Assembly: GCA_016187035.1 (NCBI GenBank)
Contig: JACPKL010000005.1
Span: 71,150-135,149 of the forward strand
DNA length: 64,000 nt
Direction: 5' to 3'
Origin: Candidatus Daviesbacteria bacterium
GTDB taxonomy: Bacteria; Patescibacteriota; Microgenomatia; Daviesbacterales; UBA10151
The position numbers and the translations under genes were made by a program. Below the pieces are notes generated by a model. That model was not told where the DNA came from. It made no database searches and worked only from the letters and a program-made list of their open reading frames with translations. Of this stretch, positions 18,317 through 28,543 are shown one piece after another (positions within the stretch are counted from its first letter, which is position 1; each line of letters opens with the position of its first letter).

Positions 18317-19393
18317 ATGAGAGTAGGCCTTTATTCCCCCTATCTGGATACTTTTGGTGGTGGTGAGAGATATGTACTTACAGTGGCTGAAATTTTATCT
18401 AAACTTATTAAAGTTGATCTACTATTTGATAATCATTTATTCAAAATCGGAGCAGAAGGATTAAAAAATGATTTAGCAAGAAGATTTAATTTAGAATTAT
18501 CTTTTGTTAAATGTGTTAAGGCTCCTTTGGGTAAAGGTTCAAATATCTTAGAGAGATTATTCTTCTTAAGAAAATATGATTTACTTTTTTATTTAACGGA
18601 TGGGAGTATTTTTTATTCAACAGCGAGAAAAAATATTGTACATATCCAATCTCCCTTAGCGGGAGAGCCAACAAAAAGTTTATGGGGTAAGTTTAAACTT
18701 CACAATTGGGATTTAATAATTTATAATTCCGAGTTTACGAAAATCAATTCACAAAAGAATTGGCCAATTAATTCTATAGTAATTTATCCGCCTGTAGATA
18801 CAGAAAAGATTAAACCTCTAGAGAAGAAAAAGTATATTCTATCGGTAGGACGTTTCTTCGGTTACCTTAAGGATAAAAAGCAAGGATTATTAATTGAGAC
18901 ATTCAAAAATCTATATAAAAAAAATAATCTTAAGGATTGGAGCTTGCATTTAGCAGGATCAGCAAACCAAGGAGATCTAGATTATTTAAACCAATTAAGA
19001 AATGAAGCAGGAAAATTCCCTGTGAAATTTTATCCAAACTTAGATTATAGTGAATTAATAAAGCTTTATGGGGAATCTAGCATTTACTGGCATGCGGCAG
19101 GTTTTGGAGAAGAAGATCCTACTAAGATGGAGCATTTTGGTATCTCTACCGTAGAAGCGATGTCTGGAGGAGTAGTTCCTGTTGTGATAGGTAAAGGCGG
19201 ACAGACAGAAATAGTTGATCAAGGGAAATCAGGTTTTCTATGGAATAATTTAAACGAATTAGAAGATTTTACTTATGAATTAATAAATGATTATCATCTT
19301 TGGAAGAGAATATCCGAGGCTGCAAAAGAGAAATCGAAGATCTTTGGTAAACAAAAATTTGCTGGAAAAATTAATGAATTAATAAACAAATGA
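18317..19393 (+). CDS. GT4 (group 1) glycosyltransferase.
   Basis: C-terminal EX7E region EHFGISTVEAMSGGVVPVVIGKGGQTEIV. Length is typical of a GT-B enzyme. Confidence 0.7.
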   Translation: MRVGLYSPYLDTFGGGERYVLTVAEILSKLIKVDLLFDNHLFKIGAEGLKNDLARRFNLELSFVKCVKAPLGKGSNILERLFFLRKYDLLFYLTDGSIFYSTARKNIVHIQSPLAGEPTKSLWGKFKLHNWDLIIYNSEFTKINSQKNWPINSIVIYPPVDTEKIKPLEKKKYILSVGRFFGYLKDKKQGLLIETFKNLYKKNNLKDWSLHLAGSANQGDLDYLNQLRNEAGKFPVKFYPNLDYSELIKLYGESSIYWHAAGFGEEDPTKMEHFGISTVEAMSGGVVPVVIGKGGQTEIVDQGKSGFLWNNLNELEDFTYELINDYHLWKRISEAAKEKSKIFGKQKFAGKINELINK

Positions 19394-20544
19394 AAAAGTT
19401 ATGGTTGGTTTTAATAATAGGGATTAGCTTAAGGGTATTCTTATCATTGTCTACATTTCATTCTGATATCTTAGCTTTTAAACTGGGAGGAGAATTGATA
19501 GCATCAGGTAAAATTTTAAATTTATATGATTACTCAAATCCTAGGCTTGCAGTATTAAATTATCCTCCATTAATTTACTGGTTTCATGGTTTATTTAATT
19601 TCCTTTTTGGTTGGTTATTAAATACAAATTTACTGGTGAAACTTCCTTACCTCATGTTTGACTTACCTATAGGCTTTCTTCTTATGAAATTGTTTAATAA
19701 TGAAAAACAAGCTAAGTTGGCATTTGTTCTCTGGATGTTTAATCCTATCAGCTTATATGCTACATACATGATGGGACAGTTTGATATTATTCCGACTTTC
19801 TTTGTAATTTTATCCGTTTACTTTGCTTTAAAAGACAAATTGAACTGGTCAGCTGTATCTTTAGGTTTTGGAATTGCTTTTAAAATCTTTCCGGTATTTC
19901 TAATTATTCCACTGATTATTGTTGCCAAAAACTATAGAGAGAGATTTAAATTACTAGTTCTATCTTTTGTGCCATATCTGTTGTCTGTGTTACCTTACCT
20001 TTCTTCACAATCCTTTAGAACAACTGCCCTGTTTGCCAATCAAAACTCAAAAAGTTTCTACGCTAATATTCCTGTTTCTGGTGGAGAATCTATAATTTTA
20101 TTTCCGATGTTTTTATTATTTTTTTACCTTCTTATTCTAAACATTAGGATAAAGACAAACATATGGAAGTTATATACAATACCTCTTTTGTTATTTTTTA
20201 TCTTTACCCATTATCATCCCCAATGGTTAATTTGGCTTACTCCTTTATTGATTGTAGATTTGGTAGTATCCGGATTAAAACATATTCTTGTTAATATAAT
20301 TATTTTTCTAACTTGGTTTTTCTCGCTTTTCTTTTTTGACCCGTCACTTACAGTAGGTATGTTCCCAGCTATTGCTGGATCGCTACAAAACATGCCAAGC
20401 ATATGGACTTTTTTAAAGATCAATATAGATTACAATCTGGCGCGCAGTTTTCTTCAAACTGCTTTTTCAGCTTCAGCATTATTTTTAATTTATCAATATT
20501 TTCCGAATGAGCAAAGCTCTTCTTCGAATAAAAAGGATGGATAA
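19390..20544 (+). CDS. Polytopic membrane protein, putative GT-C glycosyltransferase (DUF2029/GT87-like).
   Basis: ATGA overlap. About 10 TM helices. First loop FHSDILAFKLGGELIASGKILNLYDY..NYPPLIYWF resembles the D..(Y/F)......G...Y loop of DUF2029-type mannosyltransferases. Confidence 0.35.
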   Translation: MKKLWLVLIIGISLRVFLSLSTFHSDILAFKLGGELIASGKILNLYDYSNPRLAVLNYPPLIYWFHGLFNFLFGWLLNTNLLVKLPYLMFDLPIGFLLMKLFNNEKQAKLAFVLWMFNPISLYATYMMGQFDIIPTFFVILSVYFALKDKLNWSAVSLGFGIAFKIFPVFLIIPLIIVAKNYRERFKLLVLSFVPYLLSVLPYLSSQSFRTTALFANQNSKSFYANIPVSGGESIILFPMFLLFFYLLILNIRIKTNIWKLYTIPLLLFFIFTHYHPQWLIWLTPLLIVDLVVSGLKHILVNIIIFLTWFFSLFFFDPSLTVGMFPAIAGSLQNMPSIWTFLKINIDYNLARSFLQTAFSASALFLIYQYFPNEQSSSSNKKDG

Positions 20545-20547
20545 GCG

Positions 20548-21228
20548 ATGATCTTATTTAAAAGTCCATGGCTTTTAATTCAATTAATAGTAATTTTTCT
20601 AAACCCCTGGTGGTGGATTATTTTTCAAAGAAATATCTGGGTTGGCTTATTAGTTATTATTTTAAGCTTAGTTGTATTTAAGTATTTTTGGTATAGCAAT
20701 ATTGAGAAGTTACTTTTACCATTATTAATATTTACAGCAATATCATTTTTCATAAGTGTAAAAGATGCTTTTGATATAAGTATTTTTAGATATTCAACTT
20801 TGGAAATACAACAATTGAACAAAAGACATGAATTCTACGCCAATGGTTTAGGTAAAATTTATACCAACAGAATCTCATTATCATATTTCAAAGACTTTAA
20901 TTTACCCATTTCTAAATTACAGCGCAATTTTTTCGGTAATTTAGATCCTAACCAATATTTCTTTGCATCTCATCCAAGAGAAAGAGCAGGAGTTGAAGAA
21001 TTTCAAAAGTATATACCACTATTTTTGCCCTTTTTTGTAATAGGATTACTATATTCTATACACGTTCCTTTATTAGCACTCCTTATCTACTTAGTAATTG
21101 TTTCATTGATAAGTTCTGTTATTTCTGCATCATACAATTTAGGACCTATACTATTTTTCCCATTGATTAATTTTATGATTACAATTGGTATTATTTTAAG
21201 TTTAAAGTTTCTAAAAACGATTAAATGA
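20548..21228 (+). CDS. Small membrane protein carrying only the mid-protein loop motif of the GT39-like family (fragment-like paralog).
   Basis: FFGNLDPNQYFFASHPRERAGVEEFQKYIPLFLPFFVIGL aligns with YF.P.FLF..GD.N.R....G..Y.......G(L/V) in the eight full paralogs. SD AAGGATGG lies upstream. 226 aa, 5-6 TM helices. Confidence 0.4.
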   Translation: MILFKSPWLLIQLIVIFLNPWWWIIFQRNIWVGLLVIILSLVVFKYFWYSNIEKLLLPLLIFTAISFFISVKDAFDISIFRYSTLEIQQLNKRHEFYANGLGKIYTNRISLSYFKDFNLPISKLQRNFFGNLDPNQYFFASHPRERAGVEEFQKYIPLFLPFFVIGLLYSIHVPLLALLIYLVIVSLISSVISASYNLGPILFFPLINFMITIGIILSLKFLKTIK

Positions 21229-22868
21229 GATTTAACCGAAAATTTATTATCTTTATTGCAATTATTATTGTTAGTGCATTTATAAGATTTTATCAGCTTA
21301 ATAATATCCCTCCTGGTTTAACTATTGATGAATCTTCTCAAGGTTACAACGCTTTTTCACTTCTCCATACCGGAAAAGACCGATATGGTCAACCTTTTCC
21401 AATCCTTTTTCGCTTATTTGATTCAATTCAAGTGCCTTTATATACATATTTAACTATTATCCCGATCTATTTTTTTGGAAATTCCATTTTTTCCGTCCGA
21501 TTCATATCTGCTTTATCAGGAATTTTATTAACAGCTATAACATTCTTGTTATTAACTGATTTTAAAAGTAAGAGAAAAAGTAATTTAGATAATATTGCTG
21601 CTTTAATGGTAGCAATATCACCATGGGCGGTATTTTATTCAAGAATTTGTACTGAGGCGAGTTTAGGGATAACACTTTACGCTTTAGGTTTTTTATGTTT
21701 TTATCGTTCTTTGAAACACCGATGGCTATTCCCTGTCGCAACACTAATTTTAGGTTTATCTACACATGCTTATTATAGTGAGCGAATTATAAGTATTCTT
21801 TTTATAATCGGTTATACATTTCTTTTTAGGAAAGAGTTATTTCTAAACAGAAGATTGTTTATTTTAGGTATTTCTCTTTTTATAACTACTCAAATACCTC
21901 ATCTTTTGATTGCCAATACAGGGGCTTTTACCAGGAGGGTTGTTCAGGTAAATTATTTCAGCGAGCAGTTCTTTCAAAATAATAGCGGCGATCTTTCTCG
22001 TATTCCTTTTGGAAGACTGTTATTTATAGTAAGAGAGTTTGCAAGTCAGTATTTGGCATATTTTTCTCCTAGGAACTTATTTTTTGATCCTGATCCTCAG
22101 GCTGTTCGCTCGATGCCAGATATTTCTGTATTTTATAGCTGGATGATTATTCCTTTTGTTTTTGGATTACGCTGGTTGCTTGTCAACAGATCTTTACCGC
22201 TTATTAGAATGATTATTCTATTAATTCTAATAGCTCCGTTTTCAGCCAGTCTCACTAGAGATCCGTTTTCTACAATCCGCGCTCTGGCTTTTCTTTGGGG
22301 CATTACGATTACGATAGCTTTTGGTTTTAATTACTTATTAAGTATTTTATCATCTTCAAAATTTAGATTTCTAATTTTTATAGCAGTAATTTTATTATCT
22401 ATTAGTCAATTATATATAGCATATTTTGTTCTTTTGAAATATGAGCGTTCTAATAACTATGGTTATTCATACATGGAGTTATTAAAACAAACCGAACAGA
22501 TGAAAGATAAAAAGTTTGTTGTTGATTCCCCAAGACAACCGGCCGCCGGAATCATGTTCGCTTTTTTCAAAAGATATGATCCAAATCTGATACAGAAAGA
22601 TCTTAATCCTTTATTCGCTGGCCGATATTACGACAGTTTCGAGTTGGATGAACCATATGTCGTAGACAATATTGAAGTTAGACCCATCTTTTGGCAAAAA
22701 GACGTTTGTAAAAAACAAGTGTTAGTAGGAGATCTTTTGGCTATCTCTGATGGTCAGGCTAAAGAACATAAATTAAGTTTTATTTTTGATATTAAAGATA
22801 CAGCAGGCGATGTAGTTTTGAAAGCATATGAGACTAACCCTGATGTTGGTTGTAATTTAAGAAGATAA
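21225..22868 (+). CDS. GT39/ArnT/PMT_2-like membrane glycosyltransferase (paralog 3 of 8).
   Basis: ATGA overlap. Motifs LTIDESSQGYNAFSLLHTGKDRYGQPFPILF, ISPWAVFYSRIC and YFSPRNLFFDPDPQAVR. C-terminal soluble domain. Confidence 0.65.
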   Translation: MRFNRKFIIFIAIIIVSAFIRFYQLNNIPPGLTIDESSQGYNAFSLLHTGKDRYGQPFPILFRLFDSIQVPLYTYLTIIPIYFFGNSIFSVRFISALSGILLTAITFLLLTDFKSKRKSNLDNIAALMVAISPWAVFYSRICTEASLGITLYALGFLCFYRSLKHRWLFPVATLILGLSTHAYYSERIISILFIIGYTFLFRKELFLNRRLFILGISLFITTQIPHLLIANTGAFTRRVVQVNYFSEQFFQNNSGDLSRIPFGRLLFIVREFASQYLAYFSPRNLFFDPDPQAVRSMPDISVFYSWMIIPFVFGLRWLLVNRSLPLIRMIILLILIAPFSASLTRDPFSTIRALAFLWGITITIAFGFNYLLSILSSSKFRFLIFIAVILLSISQLYIAYFVLLKYERSNNYGYSYMELLKQTEQMKDKKFVVDSPRQPAAGIMFAFFKRYDPNLIQKDLNPLFAGRYYDSFELDEPYVVDNIEVRPIFWQKDVCKKQVLVGDLLAISDGQAKEHKLSFIFDIKDTAGDVVLKAYETNPDVGCNLRR

Positions 22869-22869
22869 A

Positions 22870-24459
22870 ATGAATAAAAACTTCTATATTCTTCTGTTTG
22901 TTATTATTACCGCATTTACTTTAAGATTTGCAAATTTAACTTTTCCTTCATTTACCTCAGATGAAGCAAGAATTGCTTACAGAGGTTATGTTATTGCCAC
23001 ATCTGGTAAAGATGAATTGGGAAGGGCATTTCCGTTATTGTTTAATTCCTTAGAAGATTATCAATTACCAGCAGTTTCTTATCTGACTGCAGCTGGGCAG
23101 TTACTATTTGGCAAATCAGAGTTTGGAGCCAGGATACCCTTTATTATTATAGGAACGCTTTTAGTTCTTATTGTTTATAAATTGTCTAAATTCTTTAGCC
23201 CGAGACCCTATATATGGTTTATTAGCGCTTTAATGACAGCCTTCTCTCCGAGTTTAATTTTTCTCTCTAAAATACCTAACGAAACAATACTACTAACGTT
23301 CATATTTGCTTTACTTTTTTACTTGTTTTTAAACAATAGTAATAAAATATTTATTATTCTAACGATGATTACCGCTGTCTTTACCTCTAAACAAGCATGG
23401 TTTATTTTATTTCCTTTTGTTGTTTATATTTTATTGTTTTATCAAAAATCCTGGGTTAAAAAAGATAAGTTAATACTGATAGCTTTTACCGCAGTTTTAG
23501 TATTATTGGCGTTTACTTTTTTCTTTTCTATCCCCCAAGCAAGACGGAGTTTATCAGAAAATAATTTTTCTATTTTTTCAAATATTACCATAAAGAATGG
23601 AATAGATAAATTAAGAGGACAAGGTTTATTGTCTGGTTGGCCTCCTGTTATCGATCGTTATCTCTTTAATAAACTACACTTTTTAACAACAGGATTCTTG
23701 CATTGGTTATCAAATATTAGTACGGCTATCTATTTCGGGCAAATGGATAGCAGCGGGAAAATAAATTATTCCAGCTTGGGAGCGTGGGCAAAAATTATCA
23801 TTATACCTTTTGTTGTAGGGTTTGTTTCTATTATAAATAAAGGTGATCAGAAAAAAAAATTACTTGTAATATTTTTTTTACTGCTAACATATCCAGCAAT
23901 ATTTGTTTATCCGAACTTAAGTACAGATTTAGTTGTATTAACGCTGCCTTTTATGGCATTGATTATTGCATTGGGATTTGAAAGGTTAAATAAACAAATT
24001 ACAGTATTGATATTTTTTCTAATGATATTAGAAATTGCCTGGAACATAAGCTTTGTGTCTGCCGAATACAAGAATACAGCTGATTCACGCCCTATTTTAG
24101 AAAAAGATATGATGACCAATATTACGGAAAAACCAATAACTTCTAAAATAGCAGTCTCGGATGATTTGGTGTCTGATATAGTGCCGTATATTGAGTGGTA
24201 CACCTTGATTGATCCTAATGCAGGGTTTGAACAAGTAAACTCACCTTATAAGTTTCGTCAATACAGCTTGGGTAATATTAAGGTTATAGGTTCAGATGAA
24301 AAATTTAGTACCTGCGGAATAGAGCAGCAAATGAAAATATTTGTAAGTAACCGTGATTTAAAAAAAATACAAACGCAATTTAACATCATAATACTTAAAA
24401 TCTATAATAACAATTCTGACGTAAATAAGGTCTTCTTAATAGAAGGAGTTTGTACTTGA
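22870..24459 (+). CDS. GT39/ArnT/PMT_2-like membrane glycosyltransferase (paralog 4 of 8, most divergent).
   Basis: Motifs FTSDEARIAYRGYVIATSGKDELGRAFPLLF and FSPSLIFLSKIP, with a degenerate mid-loop. Confidence 0.55.
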   Translation: MNKNFYILLFVIITAFTLRFANLTFPSFTSDEARIAYRGYVIATSGKDELGRAFPLLFNSLEDYQLPAVSYLTAAGQLLFGKSEFGARIPFIIIGTLLVLIVYKLSKFFSPRPYIWFISALMTAFSPSLIFLSKIPNETILLTFIFALLFYLFLNNSNKIFIILTMITAVFTSKQAWFILFPFVVYILLFYQKSWVKKDKLILIAFTAVLVLLAFTFFFSIPQARRSLSENNFSIFSNITIKNGIDKLRGQGLLSGWPPVIDRYLFNKLHFLTTGFLHWLSNISTAIYFGQMDSSGKINYSSLGAWAKIIIIPFVVGFVSIINKGDQKKKLLVIFFLLLTYPAIFVYPNLSTDLVVLTLPFMALIIALGFERLNKQITVLIFFLMILEIAWNISFVSAEYKNTADSRPILEKDMMTNITEKPITSKIAVSDDLVSDIVPYIEWYTLIDPNAGFEQVNSPYKFRQYSLGNIKVIGSDEKFSTCGIEQQMKIFVSNRDLKKIQTQFNIIILKIYNNNSDVNKVFLIEGVCT

Positions 24460-26081
24460 TGAAAAAGAGATATCTTATTTTACTTGTAATAATTGTATTA
24501 GGAATATTTTTACGTTTTTTCAAACTTCAATACTTCCCTGTGCAGCTGAATCATGATGAAATTTCTCAGCTTTATGATGCAATATCTATTGCCCAAACAG
24601 GTAAAGATATATACGGAAACTTTTTACCAACAATGTTTCAATCAGTAAATGATTTCAAATCACCGTTTTATACTTATGCTACAACACTAACTTATTTTAT
24701 TTTAGGGGATCACGAATGGATAATTAGGATTCCAGGCGCTATTTTTGGAGTGCTCATCATCATTGCCTCCTATTTATTTGTTTTGAGGTTACTTCGTAAT
24801 TACAAGATAGCTTTGCTTTCATCGTTTCTTATTTCTACTTCACCGTCAGAAATATTTTTTTCAAGAAAAAGTTTTGAAAACGGAGCAGGAATATTTTTTA
24901 TGCTTATTGCTTTCTACTTCTTGCTTTCATTTATTGAAAAGCAAAAAATTATACGATTTTTATACTTGGGAATAACTTTTATGGCTGTTGGGATGTATAC
25001 TTATTTTTCCCACGCAATGATAATTCCGCTAATGCTAGGGGTATTTATATTAATCTTTCGTAAAAGTTTGACAGGATCTAAGAAAAAAATAATTTTTGTT
25101 TTGCTTTATTGGATTTTGTTAATTACACCTCTATTTGTTGTTATTTTGACAAATCCTGCAAGCAGGTATAGATCGCAAACAGTTTTCATAACTCAAGATA
25201 TGAATTTGGTTAAAAGAATGGAACATACAAATAAATACAAAGCTATTTTGGATTTTAGTTTTAACAGATACTTGGATCAATTTAATCCAGCTTTTATTTT
25301 CGGTAATGGTTTGGCATTTACTAATCAAGGACCTTTAGATATGGGGCTGTTATTTTTTATTCAGCTTCCATTCCTAATTTTAGGAGTAATTTATCTAATT
25401 AAATTAGAGAATTTTCATAAAGAAAGAAGGTTTATTCTGGCCTGGATTTTAGTAGGGATGTTGCCTAGCGGATTAACTTTTGAAACACACAGCCCCCATA
25501 GAAGTATTATGGTTTTTACAATGTTAAATATTATTACAGCTGTTGGATTATACGCTTCTTTCAGAAAAATTATGCGTACTCAGATCAAGTTTGCTCTCAT
25601 AAAAAAGTTTTCTCTTCTTTTTTTGATTGCTCTGTTTATAACCAATAATATTTATTTTATCCATTTATATTATGTTAATTTTCCTTACGAGAAATCTCAG
25701 GAGATTCATTATCCTTTTAAACAGGTAGCTCAATTCGCCCGATCAAAGCGTGATGAAGTTGATCAGATTATTTTTGATCCGCTTTTTGGCGAAACTGCTC
25801 CAGTAATTGGTACAGCTACTCACTATTATCTGGCATATTATGGTAATTTTCCTCCTGCAAAATTTCAAAAAGAATACAGACTTGGCACCCGAGAGAGAGA
25901 AGTGCTTTTTGATAAATTTTCTATCCGTAAAATTGATTGGAGAAAAGACAAAGATTTAAAGAATGTTCTTATAATAGGTAGCATTTGGAGTTTACCAATT
26001 GATAGTATAAGTAAGGATAAGATTATTAAAACTTTTTATTATTATAATAAACAACCAGCTTTCTATGTTGTAAAATTGTAA
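24459..26081 (+). CDS. GT39/ArnT/PMT_2-like membrane glycosyltransferase (paralog 5 of 8).
   Basis: ATG 24459 overlaps the upstream TGA by 1 nt, and AAGGAG lies 10 nt upstream (the track start at 24450 is a TTG). Motifs LNHDEISQLYDAISIAQTGKDIYGNFLPTMF, TSPSEIFFSRKS and QFNPAFIFGNG. Confidence 0.65.
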   Translation: MKKRYLILLVIIVLGIFLRFFKLQYFPVQLNHDEISQLYDAISIAQTGKDIYGNFLPTMFQSVNDFKSPFYTYATTLTYFILGDHEWIIRIPGAIFGVLIIIASYLFVLRLLRNYKIALLSSFLISTSPSEIFFSRKSFENGAGIFFMLIAFYFLLSFIEKQKIIRFLYLGITFMAVGMYTYFSHAMIIPLMLGVFILIFRKSLTGSKKKIIFVLLYWILLITPLFVVILTNPASRYRSQTVFITQDMNLVKRMEHTNKYKAILDFSFNRYLDQFNPAFIFGNGLAFTNQGPLDMGLLFFIQLPFLILGVIYLIKLENFHKERRFILAWILVGMLPSGLTFETHSPHRSIMVFTMLNIITAVGLYASFRKIMRTQIKFALIKKFSLLFLIALFITNNIYFIHLYYVNFPYEKSQEIHYPFKQVAQFARSKRDEVDQIIFDPLFGETAPVIGTATHYYLAYYGNFPPAKFQKEYRLGTREREVLFDKFSIRKIDWRKDKDLKNVLIIGSIWSLPIDSISKDKIIKTFYYYNKQPAFYVVKL

Positions 26082-26083
26082 TC

Positions 26084-26827
26084 ATGGATAAAGTAAATTC
26101 TAAGATAGTAATAGTAATGCCAGCATATAATGCTGAAAAAACGATTAAGGAGACTTACAGTGAAATCCCCCAAAAATTTAGAAAGGACATTATTTTAGTA
26201 GATGATCAAAGTCAAGATAATACCATTGAGACTGCAAAAAGATTAGGAATTCGAGTCTTTGCTCATACGCGTAACTTAGGTTACGGAGGAAATCAGAAGA
26301 CTTGTTATTGGGAAGCTTTAAAATTAAATCCAGATATTGTAGTAATGCTTCATCCTGATTATCAATATGATGCTTCGTTAATTGAAGAACTGGTTAGACC
26401 GATAGAGCAGCACCGTTTCGATTTTATGTTTGGAAGCAGAGTACAAAATAGAGGTTCTGCCTTATCAGGAGGAATGCCAAAGCTAAAATATTACATAAAC
26501 AGAATAACGTGTGTCTTGGAGAATATTTTACTTGGTGTTAATTTTTCTGAACACTTCTCAGGATTTAGGGCATATTCTAAAAAAGTTTTAGAAACAGTTC
26601 CTTTTCAGCGTTTTTCAGATGATTTTGTTTTTGATCAAGAAATGACAATTTCTGCTTTAAATTATGATTTTAAAATAGGAGAGATCCCTATTCCTACAAG
26701 ATATCATGAAAAGGCATCCTCGATACAACTGATAAAAGGGAGCAAGTTTATCCTAGAAACATTTAGAACAATATTTATATATAAACTTCACAAATGGGGA
26801 TTTATCAAGAGTAAACTTTTTTTGTAG
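26084..26827 (+). CDS. GT2 glycosyltransferase, DPM1/GtrB-like (putative polyprenyl-phosphate sugar synthase).
   Basis: IVIVMPAYNAEKTIKETYSEIP..ILVDDQSQDNTIETAKRLG..NLGYGGNQKTCY..MLHPDYQYD. Begins 2 nt after the stop of the GT39 triplet. Confidence 0.5.
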   Translation: MDKVNSKIVIVMPAYNAEKTIKETYSEIPQKFRKDIILVDDQSQDNTIETAKRLGIRVFAHTRNLGYGGNQKTCYWEALKLNPDIVVMLHPDYQYDASLIEELVRPIEQHRFDFMFGSRVQNRGSALSGGMPKLKYYINRITCVLENILLGVNFSEHFSGFRAYSKKVLETVPFQRFSDDFVFDQEMTISALNYDFKIGEIPIPTRYHEKASSIQLIKGSKFILETFRTIFIYKLHKWGFIKSKLFL

Positions 26828-26848
26828 TTCTTTTAAACAATAAGAGAG

Positions 26849-28501
26849 TTATTTAAATAATAACAGAGTAATTAAGATTCCCAAAATTGTTAAAAACTTA
26901 GAAAACTTTATCAAAAACGTTTCTTGGTATTTAACTATTACGCTATGCCTTCCTTTAGGAGCAATGAAACTAATCAGACCATCCTTGTCTACGTTATATT
27001 GACTGATTTTTTTATCCAAATAAAGGGTTTGTCCTGGAAAGTAGAACTGTCCAATAGACACCCTCTCTGTTTCTTTCAGACTGATATCAAAGGATAGAGA
27101 ATTGGTTGTTTGTTTAGTATTTATAGATGAGATATAATTTCCGAAAACTTCTTTCCAAGGTTTATCCAATAATTTCGTATTTGCTTGGATTGGAAGATAT
27201 TCGTTAAATGTGTTAGTAGTTAAACTTAATTCTGAGTCTAGGTAAGTTGAGAGCGGATAATTAGTGTATAGATTGATATTAATATGATTCCTATTTGTAT
27301 AAATAGCAATTAATATCAAGAAAATAGAAAGTATGATTTTTAATCTTTTCTGACTACTTGCGATTATAACACCCGCACAAGTACTGGTTATAAATGCGGA
27401 AGGCAGTAACAGCCTAAAGGGAAAATCTATAGGTACATATTTGATTAATATTCTCCAAATAAACTCACTATAATCAAGCATTAAGAAAATATTAATAACA
27501 AAGATAATTAACAAAATGAGGCTTAAAGAAAGATAATTTTTAGATATTTTTTTTGTTATTATAGCAATTATAAGAAGGATTATAGATATCCACTGGGCAA
27601 ACCCTAGCTGGAATGATGTTTCGCTATTTTTCGCGTTATTAATTATTGGACCAAAACCCCACTTGGAGTAGAGTATTTGACTGAAATTAACAAAATTTCT
27701 CTTATAGAGTTCGGAAAAACCACTCTCTATATGAGCTTTTGTTGATTTATTATAGTTAAGGGCAGGGATCAAGTAAAAAGCTGATATTAAAATTGTCAAA
27801 AATAATCCGATTGAGATATTCTTGATAATGTTTATTTTTTTATATTCATTTATGAAAGTCCATAAAGTAAATAATAGGATTGTAGGCAGTAAAAAAAGAA
27901 GATGCATTATATGTGAAAGGATCACTCCTGAAAGTCCTAAAGAGAATAGGGTAATTCCTATTTTTTCATTTCTGCCCATTTGGATAATGCCACAAAAAAT
28001 AATGGGAAGAAATGTAAATACAAAAGCAATACCCATTGATGCACCTACAAATATGATTAGGAAATGGTAAGGTAACCATAAATAAAGAATTGAAGAAGTA
28101 AAGGCTGCCAGCCTTTCTTTTAAAAGGTTGAGAACAAAAAAATACATTGCAATACCTGAAGTTAAGTAAGATAAGAAGAATAATATTTTGATAACATTAT
28201 AAACATCAATTCTAAACTTAAGCAGTAGAATACCAATGGTCCAAGGTAAACTGTATGAAAAAAAGAAAAGAGGATATCCAAAGCCTTTGGCAAGTTGAGA
28301 AATCCAATAAGGAGGAAATTGGTTATCATTTACTGCCTGAGAAAAATAATAAAATCTAACTACCTGATTCCAAATATCATGAGCTGTAAACAAACCGGGG
28401 TGGAATAATGCTTTCGTTCCAATAACAGAAAATAGCAGAATTCCTAAAATATAAACCCAGTTCTTAGACTTTCTTAAATTTAACATGAAGCTAGACGTCA
28501 T
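26849..28501 (-). CDS. Polytopic membrane protein, putative GT-C-type glycosyltransferase (PTPS-related/COG5617-like). Third member of the family seen at 1..2689.
   Basis: First loop LFTAHDIWNQVVRFYYF..NQFPPYWISQLAKGFGYPLFFFSYSLPW parallels 983..2689. Also an FPFRLLLP motif and a C-terminal beta-rich domain plus terminal TM. Confidence 0.5.
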   Translation of the reverse strand: MTSSFMLNLRKSKNWVYILGILLFSVIGTKALFHPGLFTAHDIWNQVVRFYYFSQAVNDNQFPPYWISQLAKGFGYPLFFFSYSLPWTIGILLLKFRIDVYNVIKILFFLSYLTSGIAMYFFVLNLLKERLAAFTSSILYLWLPYHFLIIFVGASMGIAFVFTFLPIIFCGIIQMGRNEKIGITLFSLGLSGVILSHIMHLLFLLPTILLFTLWTFINEYKKINIIKNISIGLFLTILISAFYLIPALNYNKSTKAHIESGFSELYKRNFVNFSQILYSKWGFGPIINNAKNSETSFQLGFAQWISIILLIIAIITKKISKNYLSLSLILLIIFVINIFLMLDYSEFIWRILIKYVPIDFPFRLLLPSAFITSTCAGVIIASSQKRLKIILSIFLILIAIYTNRNHININLYTNYPLSTYLDSELSLTTNTFNEYLPIQANTKLLDKPWKEVFGNYISSINTKQTTNSLSFDISLKETERVSIGQFYFPGQTLYLDKKISQYNVDKDGLISFIAPKGRHSVIVKYQETFLIKFSKFLTILGILITLLLFK

Positions 28502-28543
28502 AGCTTTTCTAAAGATAAATTGCTAACATTAAATTGTGACATA

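Noticed and set aside
28520-28543. Longer N-terminal extensions proposed by the ORF track: TTG 28520, 959, TTG 24450, TTG 31763, TTG 36363, TTG 38436 and 55550.
   Set aside because: In each case a downstream ATG gives the family-typical N-terminus (a basic stretch followed by TM1, or MKI/MNIL for GT4). It also forms a canonical ATGA or TGATG coupling overlap, or follows an SD. The extensions add non-homologous residues.
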